DNA from: Octopus vulgaris | Taxonomy: Eukaryota | Direction: 5' to 3' | DNA: 64,000 nucleotides | Assembly: GCA_951406725.2 (NCBI GenBank) | Contig: CATOCA020000001.1 | Span: forward strand, 9,362,001 to 9,426,000 | Part shown: positions 48,401 to 57,977 of the stretch, one piece after another | How the letters are laid out: every line of letters starts with the position of its first letter | Numbering within the stretch: the stretch's first letter is position 1 | Notes under the pieces: generated by a model | Databases searched by the model: none | What the model saw: the letters and a program-made list of their open reading frames with translations, nothing else | Told to the model about the DNA's origin: nothing | Position numbers and translations under genes: made by a program

Positions 48401-49539
48401 TCGTTCTGTCTGCATAGCATCTACCTCGCTCTGTCTGTGTTCGTGTGTTCGTTCTGTCTGCATAGCATCTACCTCGCTCTGTCTGTGTTCGTGTTTTCGT
48501 TCTGTCTGCATAGCATCTACCTCGCTCTGTCTGTGTTCGTGTGTTCGTTCTGTCTGCATAGCATCTACCTCGCTCTGTCTGTGTTCGTGTGTTCGTTCTG
48601 TCTGCATAGCATCTACCTCGCTCTGTCTGTGTTCGTGTGTTCGTTTTGTCTGCATAGCATCTACCTCGCTCTGTCTGTGTTCGTGTGTTCGTTCTGTCTG
48701 CATAGCATCTACCTCGCTCTGTCTGTGTTCGTGTGTTAGTTCTGTCTGCATAGCATCTACCTCGCTCTGTCTGTGTACGTGTGTTCGTTCTGTCTGCATA
48801 GCATATACCACGCTCTGTCTGTGTACGTGTGTTCGTTCTGTCTGCATAGCATCTATTTCGCTCTGTCTGTCTTCGTGTGTTCGTTCTGTCTGCATAGCAT
48901 CGACCGCGCATTGTATGTGTTCGTGTGTTCGTTCTGTCTGCATAGCATCTACCTCGCTCTGTCTGTGTTCGTGTGTTCGTTTTGTCTGCATAGCATCTAC
49001 CTCGTTCTGTCTGTGTTCGTGTGTTCGTTCTGTCTGCATAGCATCTACCTCGCTCTGTCTGTGTTCGTGTGTTAGTTCTGTCTGCATAGCATCTACCTCG
49101 CTCTGTGTGTGTACGTGTGTTCGTTCTGTCTGCATAGCATATACCACGCTCTGTCTGTGTACGTGTGTTCGTTCTGTCTGCATAGCATCTACCTCGCTCT
49201 GTCTGTGTTCGTGTATTCGTTCTGTCTGCATAGCATCTACCTCGCTCTGTCTGTGTTCGTGTGTTCGTTCTGTCTGCATAGCATATACCTCGCTCTGTCT
49301 GTGTGCATTGTTCGTTCTGTCTGTATCTACCTCGCATCATCTACACTCGACTCTGTCTGTGTTCGTGTATTTCGTTCTCTCTGCATAGCATCTACCTCGC
49401 TCTGTCTGTGTTCGTGTATTCATTCGCACTCGCTCTGTCTGCTTCGTGTGTTCGTTCTGTCTCTCGCGCTCTCTCGCTCTGTCTGTGTGTGTTCGTGTGT
49501 TCGCTCTTCTGTCTGCATAGCATGTATCTACCTCGCTCT
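479..49539. repeat. Tandem satellite/minisatellite array, 48-bp monomer, ~1020 copies, truncated at scaffold gap
   Basis: Consensus GCATAGCATCTACCTCGCTCTGTCTGTGTTCGTGTGTTCGTTCTGTCT repeated head-to-tail with no inversion. The commonest variant is GTGTTCG>GTGTACG. Copy number is estimated as span/48. Confidence 0.99.
37200..49300. repeat. Higher-order repeat (~3.69-3.71 kb, ~77 monomers) within the satellite
   Basis: Diagnostic variants recur in register: CGACCGCGCATTG at 37808/41495/45208/48901, ATATACCACG at 38046/41733/45446/49139, CGGCCGCG at 37424/41111, CTATTTCG at 45161/48853, CTGTTTG at 44691/48383. Confidence 0.85.
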
Positions 49540-49639
49540 NNNNNNNNNNNNNNNNNNNNNNNNNNNNNNNNNNNNNNNNNNNNNNNNNNNNNNNNNNNNN
49601 NNNNNNNNNNNNNNNNNNNNNNNNNNNNNNNNNNNNNNN
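49540..49639. other. Assembly gap (100 N, size unknown)
   Basis: Exactly 100 N, typical of a scaffolding placeholder. Sequence quality visibly degrades over ~49300-49539. Confidence 0.99.
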
Positions 49640-50289
49640 GTAACGAAAACATACTTCTACATTGCGCAATGCAAAACAGTAAATATAGTATCCTTAACAA
49701 TTTGCATACCAAGTTTCAATAAAATTGACTGATATCTTGAGGTTCCGAATTGAATATAAAGAGAACGGGTGTGTGAACTTCACTCCAGTAACCACTGCAA
49801 AGGTCGTTGCGTGTGGTCGTACGTCGTACGTGTGTGAATTTGTCTGCTTTGTGCCTTGACTTTAGGCCATTGCATCAAAATCAATAATCGTATTAAATTT
49901 AGTGTTGTTTATATTTAGTGATGCCTCATAAATCAATAACGCATCATGATGTTGACATTTGAAGCGTGTTGCGGAGCCAAAAGATATAAGAGACAGAGCT
50001 TGAGATTTTAACAGACTTGTTTTTCAAACAATTTCGCAAAAGAAAACCAATTCGTAACATCGAAGGTGAAAAATAAAATCAAGAATGGCAAATGTGTTAT
50101 AAACTGATTTTTTGCTCATTATTAAACATTTCAAGTGAGCGGCGGAGCTTGAAGATGTAAATTTTAGAACTTTAGATTTTAACAGAATGGCTTTTAAAGG
50201 ATTTTGCAATAAAAAAATATATTCTTAAAAACATATTCCGAAAATCTGTGTAAAAAGTTTTTTTGCTCCACCCTAATGGCAACCAATGA

Positions 50290-50575
50290 AATTCGACTTC
50301 GGCGGAATTTGAACTCAGAGCGTAAAGACGGCTGAAATATCTATTTCCTTACTACCCACAAGGGGCTAAACACAGAGAGGACAAACAAGGACAGACAAAC
50401 GGACTAAGGCGATTATATCGAACCCAGTGCGTAACTGGTTCTTATTTAATTGACCCCGAAAGGATGAAAGGCAAAGTCGACCTCGGCGGAATTTGAACTC
50501 AGAACGTAGCGGCGGACGAAATACCACAATAGCATTTCGCCCGGCGTGCTAACGTTTCTGCCAGCTCGCCGCCTT
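50290..50575 (-). mobile_element. tRNA-derived SINE (family A), composite with a partial second unit
   Basis: Minus-strand head GGCGGCGAGCTGGCAGAAACGTTAGCACGCC with B-box GAGTTCAAATTCC. The B-box segment recurs at ~50295-50338. Homologous copies occur at 51360, 51505 and 62460. Confidence 0.85.
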
Positions 50576-51022
50576 ATTTAAAAATTGATAAATTTTCAGG
50601 AAGGTCTAATGAGAAATTGAAATCATCCCATCACTAAATGCATATGAAAATCTATTCAATTTGACAGTGCCATATTGACATTTGGAGAGAAGTAAATTGC
50701 TTATATTCTATGACAAATAGGCATGTAGGGTGCGTCATTGAAGATTTAAATGTTTTATAACGTAATGCATTCGAAGGGGTATGTACCAGTAATATCCCTG
50801 TTGTTTTCCTGCTTCTCTATCTACTCAGCCTCTCTCAAGAAGGTTAACGAAAAAGTAGTTTTAATGATATAATAATAAACTCAACCCGCCTAAGTAATAA
50901 ATTCTTTCATAACATTTCCGTAATGGTTTGCCGTTGGACGAGATGAATACATTGCTGGAGAAGTCGAAAGGGAGAATACGGCGCATTACATTTTGGTAGA
51001 TAATTTTAATTACGAATGAACA

Positions 51023-51024
<2 letters not shown>

Positions 51025-51056
<32 letters not shown>
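51025..51056. repeat. (CA)n microsatellite
   Basis: Directly visible simple repeat. Confidence 0.95.
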
Positions 51057-51058
<2 letters not shown>

Positions 51059-51157
51059 GTGATCGTAATGGAACAGATATACAAAGGCATACACACAGAT
51101 ACCTCTTCTACTATTTTCTACTGTTGTAATTGTCCTTCGAAACTATTGCTCACTCAC

Positions 51158-51315
51158 CTGTATCGATACTTTTTGCGAAGACCTTCAGTCGTCGAGTGAT
51201 CCCCTCTGTATTGTTACATTGTGACATGTCTGGTTCTTTCCAGATACCAGTAAACGGTGAACACTTTGCTGCCGTCATATATTGACTTGATGCCATTTCT
51301 GAGTCTCTGGGAGAA
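51158..51315 (-). CDS. Adhesion-GPCR exon: C-terminal half of HormR/HRM domain (158 bp, phase 2 to phase 1)
   Basis: Acceptor ttatttttcAG, donor agGTgagt. Translates SPRDSEMASSQYMTAAKCSPFTGIWKEPDMSQCNNTEGITRRLKVFAKSIDT, containing the C-x4-G-x-W-x2-P-D-x-S-x-C signature of the HormR domain. Confidence 0.85.
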
Positions 51316-51359
51316 CTGAAAAATAAATGTGAAATTTTGTCAGAAGAATTTCAGTTTCA

Positions 51360-51492
51360 TCTATTTTATCGATCTCAAAAGAATGAAAGGCAAAATCGAC
51401 TCCGGTAGCATTTGAACTAAGAACGTAAAGTCGGAAGAAATGTCACTAAGCATTTTGTCCGGCGCGTTAACAATTCTGCCAGCTCGCCACCA
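51360..51492 (-). mobile_element. SINE family A, diverged 5' half
   Basis: Aligns by eye to 50445-50575 (…TTCTGCCAGCTCGCC, ATTTGAACT, GAAAGGCAAA). Confidence 0.8.
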
Positions 51493-51504
51493 TAAAGCTT
51501 TGTC

Positions 51505-51660
51505 TAATATTGGTTTCAAATTTTGGCACAAGGCCAGCAAATTCAGGGGAAGATATAAGTCGTTTACACGAAACCCAGTGCTCAATTGGTATTTATTTCA
51601 TCGACCCGAAAAAATTAAAGGCAAAGTCGAACTTAGTCGGAATTTGAACTGAAAACATAA
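51505..51660 (-). mobile_element. SINE family A relative, 5'-truncated body and tail
   Basis: Shares CCCAGTGC…ATCGACCCGAAA…AAAGGCAAAGTCGA…GGAATTTGAACT with the 50290-50575 copy but has a different tail. Confidence 0.75.
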
Positions 51661-51786
51661 AAAACGTTTAATTCTATCGTGTTAATCTATAAAGCTGTTA
51701 TTTGCTCTACCAAGTAACATTCTCTCACAATAGGATGGCGCTGAAAACTTCAAAATTTGAGTTGAAATAAATGAATACAAACGAAC

Positions 51787-51901
51787 CAGTATCTTGTGGC
51801 TACATTTCCAAGACATGGGATCTCTGCAGTAGTTCCTATTTTTGTCATTGGCCAAGAGAAAGCTCGATTGTTAGTTGATGTTATGCTTTCATCACAAACC
51901 A
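51787..51901 (-). CDS. Adhesion-GPCR exon: N-terminal half of HormR/HRM domain (115 bp, phase 1 to phase 2)
   Basis: Acceptor ttcAG, donor GTtcgt. Translates VCDESITSTNNRAFSWPMTKIGTTAEIPCLGNVATRY(C), with the C…WP-x-T-x2-G…PC…A-x-R-x-C HormR pattern. The split codon TG+T with the next exon restores the conserved Cys. Confidence 0.88.
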
Positions 51902-51905
51902 CTGA

Positions 51906-51906
<1 letters not shown>

Positions 51907-51937
<31 letters not shown>

Positions 51938-51962
51938 GGATATGAGTAGTAGTAGTAGTAGC

Positions 51963-52010
<48 letters not shown>
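51907..52010. repeat. Compound (ATT)n + (AGT)n microsatellite
   Basis: Directly visible simple repeats. Confidence 0.95.
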
Positions 52011-52011
<1 letters not shown>

Positions 52012-52098
52012 ATGGTGCAGTGATTGTAGTGCTGGTGATGTTGTTAGTGCTGGTGATAGTGGACAATGGTGCGAAGTGTTGCAAACATATACGGAGAG

Positions 52099-52185
52099 CG
52101 ATTATACTCATTATTATGAAAAATCTTCAAAATTATGTTAGAACATTATTCGAATTGTTAGTCTACTAGTAGTAGTAGTAGTAGC

Positions 52186-52235
<50 letters not shown>

Positions 52236-52601
52236 ACATACAAGCAGTCATTGAAAACGATAGCAGTTGCTATTGTAAATAGGATTAGCCGAGTTTGATT
52301 TCCTGAGGAAATTCTTCATCTGGAGAAAATGTTGAGGTCATCATATCTTGAGAATGCGATATACTCATACGCTATGAAAAATCTTCAAAAAGAAACATTT
52401 TCGAATTGTTAGTCTCCTCGGGGAAGCAAATATTTGCTTCCATACTGAGATATGTACAAAGTATGGATATGTATAGCAGTGACATACAAGCAGTCATTGA
52501 AAACGATAGAGTCTGATTAAAAAAGGATTAGCCGAGTTTGATTTCCTGGAGAAGAAATTCTTCATCTGGAGAAAATTTGAGGTCATCTATCTTGAGAATG
52601 C
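52099..52601. repeat. Imperfect local tandem duplication (~250-bp period) including an (AGT)n run at 52167-52234
   Basis: GACATACAAGCAGTCATTGAAAACGATAG…CTTGAGAATGC occurs at 52235 and 52481. CGAT(T)ATACTCAT…CGAATTGTTAGTCT occurs at 52099 and 52357. Confidence 0.85.
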
Positions 52602-52851
52602 AACTGAGAATCAAAAGTCTTGGTCAATATCACCAGAAATAACAATTAGCAAATACTTTTATATTTATATATGACCCATGATACTGATACAGACACGCAT
52701 CGCAACTCACAATTCAAACGTCAACATATTACCCCTCTATTACCTTCCTTTTCACCAGAATATAAAGAATCATTTGGAAAGCTCGAAAGACCATAAAAAC
52801 TTCTGACAACTGCTGGCCGAAATGTTGGGAATAGAAGTTAAATCTCCTAAA

Positions 52852-52854
<3 letters not shown>

Positions 52855-52923
<69 letters not shown>

Positions 52924-52936
52924 CATACATATATAT

Positions 52937-53026
<90 letters not shown>
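52855..53026. repeat. (TA)n/(TACA)n microsatellite
   Basis: Directly visible simple repeat. Confidence 0.95.
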
Positions 53027-53030
<4 letters not shown>

Positions 53031-55551
53031 ATTGATTGATTGATTCTAGTTTCAGCTCACGAGTTGTGTCCATGCTGGGGCACCGTCATTTGGTGTTGCT
53101 ACATGGTTTTATTTCACGAATGCTTTTTAGCAACTGCCATTTGGTTCATGAGAGAGTTCGATGCAGCTGCCCTCATCTGCACCTCCTGCCGTGAAGTTGG
53201 TTCATCTGGGATACCTGACAAGAAGAGATCCAGTTTCATTTTAAAGACATCTGCATCCACCCCATGCAGGTCTCTTAGGTCTTTCGGGAGGATATTGAAG
53301 AGCTGTGGGCCTCGGAAGCCCAGGCTATCACAGTATCTTGTCCTACATCTTGATGGCAAATTTGGAGTCCTTGGCACCACGCAGTGGCGCCCAGTTCTGG
53401 CATTTGTGTAACTCTCCATGCCAAAGTTTGGGACAAGTCCTTCCAGGATCTTCCAGATGTATATTATGGCATATCTTTCTCGCCTACACTCCAGGGAATA
53501 GAGTTTTAATCTCTTGAGTCTTTCCCAGTAGCTTATATTCTGCACAGAGGCTATCTTCTTCGTGTAGCTACGTTGGATCGCCTCAAGTTCTGTGATCAAC
53601 TTGACACTGGATGGTAACCATAGCTGAGAGCAATAGTCAAAGTGGCTTAGGACAAGTGTCCTCCAGAGGACCATCATGGTTTCTTGTTCTCTTGTTCTAA
53701 AGGTTCTGAGAATCCATCCGGCCAGTCGTCTAAATTTCATTGCCAATTTAGCAACATGTACACGAAAGGTTGCGTCATCACTCATGTAAATACCCAGGTC
53801 ACGCACTGATTATGCCTCTGGGATTGCAATTCATCCGGGTCCAGTGTATTCATTGGGTATTGCATTTAGGTTTGCATGCTGATAGCATAAAGCTTGAAAC
53901 TTTTCATCATTGAACTGCATGCTATTCTTTTCAGTCCACTTGTATATTTTGTCCAGCTCACATTGCAGGCGTTTAGTGTCCTCAGGGTTCTGTATTGCCT
54001 GTGAAACGTTTGTATCATCTGCATAACTTGTGATCGTGGCTCTCTGCGTGGCTGAGGGCATGTCTGAGAGGGCCATTATGAACAGTAGTGGTCCCAAAAC
54101 AGTGCCCTGCGGAACACCGCTCACTATTTGCGTGTTAATGGAAGTGGCTCCATTGGCTACTACCACCTGACTTCTATCTTTCAGAAAGTCATGAAGCCAT
54201 TCTCCCAGTTTTCCAACTATGCTAAGATCACGCAGTTTGTGACATATCATTCCATGATCGACTTTATCAAAGGCCTTTGCAAAGTCGAGATATATCACTT
54301 CCACATTTAAGTGGTTGAGCAGTGGCTTCAGCACCAAGTCATAGTGTTGTAGGAGCTGAGTTAAGCAGCTTCTTCCTGGTCGGAAACCATGTTGGGTGTC
54401 AGGCAGCAAGTCATTCTCTTCAAGGAAGGTGATCAGTTTCCTTCTGACTATTCGTTCCATGACCTTGCTGGTGTGTGAGGTCAGAGAGATAGGTCTGTAG
54501 TTCTTGGCCTCCGCTCTGCTACCTCCTTTATGAATAGGGCATATTTTACCTTCCTTCAGTTATTTTGGAAGTTTGCCAGCTGCAAGGAAGCTCTGAAAGA
54601 GGAACTGCAGTGGTCTTGCTAGGACTCTCTTACATACTTTTAGGAGGATTGCCGGGAATCCATCGGGGCCAGTAGCTGAGTCTGTTTTCATTTCATCTAT
54701 AGCCTTTATTATATCGTCTTCCTTTATATCGAAGTAATCTATCGTCGCTGCCTCTGATTTTATATCTACAGTGGTAAAAAAGTCAGTTGGATTGGTGATT
54801 TGGAGATGCCCAAGGAGTGGAGTGAAAACACTCTTGAATTGCCTCATTCAGTATTTCACTTACCCTCATTGGTTTTCCTGTGAGTGTGCCATCCTTTTCA
54901 AGGAGTGGCCCTATTCTACAGTGCACCGTAGCTGTTTCTTTGGCATACCTCTAGAAAGCTCTGGGGTTAGATTTTATGTTGTCTATAGCCCAGGCTTCTT
55001 TGTCTGCTCTTTCCTTTTCATGGGAGAGTTGCAGACATTTTTCAATTTCCAACAGTTTTATTTTCAGGCGGGACTTTTCACTGCTTTCAATTTGTTTGTT
55101 TAGGCGATTTGAAATTTTTGTACGCCGTCTCATTAAAATTTTCCTCTCTCTGGGGATTTTGTTCTTGTGTACAGTGGCCTTTCTCTCTGGGACACATTTG
55201 TAGCATATGGCTTGCATTACAGACATGAATTGTTGAAGTTTCACGTCGATGTCTGGCGAGGAGAGACATTTAGGCCAATTTTGTTTGAGGATCTCTTTCT
55301 CAATTTGTTTCCAGTTTGCCTTATGGAAGTTCAAGCTGGAAAGATTCTGAGGGTTTCTTGTAGGCTGCATGTCCATGCTTTCCTTTGGCCCGTACATGGT
55401 CAGCTCTACCATGTTGTGATCCGAGAGTAGTGTCGGTGTCACTTTCACATTATGGATGAGATCCATATTATTTGTGAAGCAGAGATCCAGTGTGTTACCT
55501 GCCCTGGTTGGTTGGAGTATTACTTGCTCCATGTACAGGGTGTTGATGAGG
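53027..55551 (-). mobile_element. 5'-truncated non-LTR retrotransposon (CR1/L2-group LINE), ORF2 disrupted
   Basis: End of APE endonuclease (PTRAGNTLDLCFTN, SDHNMV). RT motifs GPDG, QHGFRPGRSC, YLDFAKAFDKVDH, GVPQGTVLGPLLF, YADD, RDLG, DYCSQLW, spread over several broken frames. Short 3' UTR ending in a (CAAT)n tail. Confidence 0.93.
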
Positions 55552-55560
55552 TATATATAA

Positions 55561-55948
55561 AGGCTTATCTGTGTGGTAAGAAGCTTGCTTCCCAACAACA
55601 TGGTTCCAGGTTCAGTCGGACAGCGTGGCACCTCGCTCGGGCAAGTGTCTTCTAATATATCCTCGGGTCCACCAAAGCCTTGTGAGTGTATTTAGTAGAT
55701 GGAAACTGAAAGAAGCCCGTCGTATACACACACACTCACAAACATATATGTTTGTGTGCCTGTGTTTGTCAACTACCATTGCTTTACGACCGATGTTGGT
55801 GTGTTTACATCACCTTAACTTAGAGGCTCGGTAAAATAAATCGATAGAATAAGTACTAGGTTTACAAAGAATAAATCCTGGAGTCGATTTGTTCGACTAA
55901 ATTTGGTGCTGCAGTATGACCGTAGTCAGATGACTGAAACAAGTAAAA

Positions 55949-55949
<1 letters not shown>
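55561..55949 (+). mobile_element. tRNA-derived SINE (family B), near full length
   Basis: Head …CTGTGTGGTAAGAAGCTTGC…GGTTCCAGGTTCAGTC (A/B-box-like), shared with copies at 57348 and 62771. Tail …TGACTGAAACAAGTAAAAG. Confidence 0.85.
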
Positions 55950-55993
<44 letters not shown>

Positions 55994-56029
55994 TATATAC
56001 ATACGTATATGTACATACTTACATTATAC

Positions 56030-56076
<47 letters not shown>

Positions 56077-56136
56077 TATGTGGGCACAGGACGTCACAAA
56101 ACGTAAACAATAAAAAATACGAAGTACAAGTACATG

Positions 56137-56172
<36 letters not shown>

Positions 56173-56180
56173 TGTATGTA
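55950..56180. repeat. (TA)n and (TATG)n microsatellite cluster
   Basis: Directly visible simple repeats. Confidence 0.9.
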
Positions 56181-56189
56181 TATTATATA

Positions 56190-56860
56190 CATATATTATT
56201 TATATTATTATATAATTGAACGCCACGCATCCTCTTCCAAGTAAGTTTTATCATAACAATTCTGATGCACACTCTATTCTATCCTTTTACGTTTTCGTTT
56301 TTCTCTATTCCTTTCTCTTATTCTTTTACCTCCTCTTCTGCCACTATTCTATTTTATTACTCTTTCATTTTCACCTCTTCCTTTCTCTTATTCTTCTACC
56401 TCCCGCTCTCCCCTCCTATTTTAATCATTTATCCTATCTCCAATTCTTTTCTTCTCCACTTCACAGTTCGCTGCCTGTCACTCTCTCTCCCTCACTCTCC
56501 CAACGTGACCATCGGCCATCTCACTTCTCTTAAGTTGTGTTTCTTTCTCTCTGTTGTAACTGGACCAAGAAGAAGAAGACGTATTCTTGTCTGTCTCCTG
56601 TCCAAGCTTGTTTTCACGCGTTCGCCACCACAGCCTCGTTGAGGCTTAGCACTTCCTGTTTGTTTTCACTGTCCGGTTTTTGTCACCAATTTTGACCCTC
56701 CGCCAAATCCTAAATTTTATTTAATTTTGCTTTGCGGGAGCAACTGTTTTATCGAAGGCGTATCTTGTGAAATGCTCGAAATACGGAAGTAGAAAAACAG
56801 CCGTTTAAAGAGAGTAATAATGTAATAAATTTTGAAGATGTATGATTGTCGATTCTTCTT
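56190..56860. mobile_element. Probable non-autonomous interspersed repeat, possibly derived from a Penelope-like pseudo-LTR
   Basis: Pyrimidine-rich block flanked by TA microsatellite. The motif …GAAATACGG at ~56778 resembles …TAATACGG in the PLE 5' region (61190, minus strand). Classification is inference. Confidence 0.3.
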
Positions 56861-57347
56861 TACAATATCGTGATGATATATGTATACAAGTATGTATGAT
56901 TATGCATGCACAGACACATACACACACATACATACCCACACACACATATACAGAGTGTCTCCAAAGAATGTATACACACATTGAATGATTGTGAAGTCAG
57001 ACGGATTTTTTTTTCTTTATGAACGCTTGTTTTGAAACCTATGATCATTCTGTTTCAATTCCTGTTGATATCGCAAAGCAATCGTGTCTCAAGCATCAAG
57101 GATACTCGTAGTAGATATGACCAAAGCCTCGATCATCTTCCAGTGGCTTGGATTATCCATTATCGCAGCAGTTAAAACTGTCAACTGGAAGTCACTATTT
57201 GTCCACTGAAGCAAAATTGGAAATAGCGTATACCTATACACACGTTCATATGTACGTACGTTCAAATACAGGCACATACGTACATATACACACATATATA
57301 TATAAACATAAAATATATATAATATACTCACATGCACACACATACAT

Positions 57348-57452
57348 AGGCGCAGGCGTAGCTGTGTGGTAAGAAGTTTGGTTCCCTATCACATGGTCTC
57401 GGGTCCATGTGAGTGGATTTGGTAGAGAGAACATGAAAGAAGACCATCGTAT
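57348..57452 (+). mobile_element. SINE family B fragment with internal deletion
   Basis: AGGCGCAGGCGTAGCTGTGTGGTAAGAAG…TGTGAGTGGATTTGGTAGA…TGAAAGAAG matches segments of 55561-55725. Confidence 0.8.
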
Positions 57453-57977
57453 ATGATAATATCTTTTATGCTGGGCATACATAAACTTAAGATTGATTTG
57501 GTGGTGGTAAAAAGAAAGGAAAGGGAGCCGAGTGAGAAAAAATATATCACTGCTCGGCAATGGGATGTGATTTGTTTCTCTTCTATGTTTGTTGGACGTG
57601 TCAGTTGTGATTGTGTATCTATCGTTCCTAGTTCGAAAATGAACGTGACCACATAACACAAAATAAATTTGAGCTCAGGAAAATTATTTGCAGCACTAAA
57701 TAATTTTCCTGTTCGAGTAAATGAAAGCGCACGATTTGTGTGAATTTTTCAATCCAGTGGAGCTTGCACCTTCTACTTCTATACATAAGTAGAATACATT
57801 TTTGCCCTCGAGGTAATTGGTATAATTAAAAAGAAAATGTAAATAAATAGATATGTATGATTGTGTGTGTGTGTGTGTCCTGTGGTATCATCTACTGATG
57901 ATGACGATGACGGTAATGGTGATGATAAAGCTAATTATGTTGGTAGTGGTGATAAAAATAAGAGACACAATACTTAC

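Noticed and set aside
479-49539. CRISPR array or telomeric repeat
   Set aside because: There are no unique spacers and no cas genes, the context is eukaryotic, and the unit is not a short G-rich telomeric motif.
479-49539. Hammerhead-ribozyme satellite
   Set aside because: The monomer lacks the CTGANGA and GAAA core motifs on either strand.
104-49732. Giant ORFs (up to 4063 aa) of [32 protein letters not shown] or [16 protein letters not shown] repeats
   Set aside because: They follow from a 48-nt unit lacking stops in four frames on both strands at once. Variants create stops in these frames, and there is no unique N- or C-terminal domain. They are not called as CDS, and the residual coding hypothesis is kept only as a testable finding.
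57040-57206. Possible extra minus-strand exon after the acceptor ttttgcttcAG (WTNSDF…HWKM, vaguely lectin-like)
   Set aside because: It has stops in all three frames, the phase required by the upstream exon gives an immediate TAG, and no clear donor is present.
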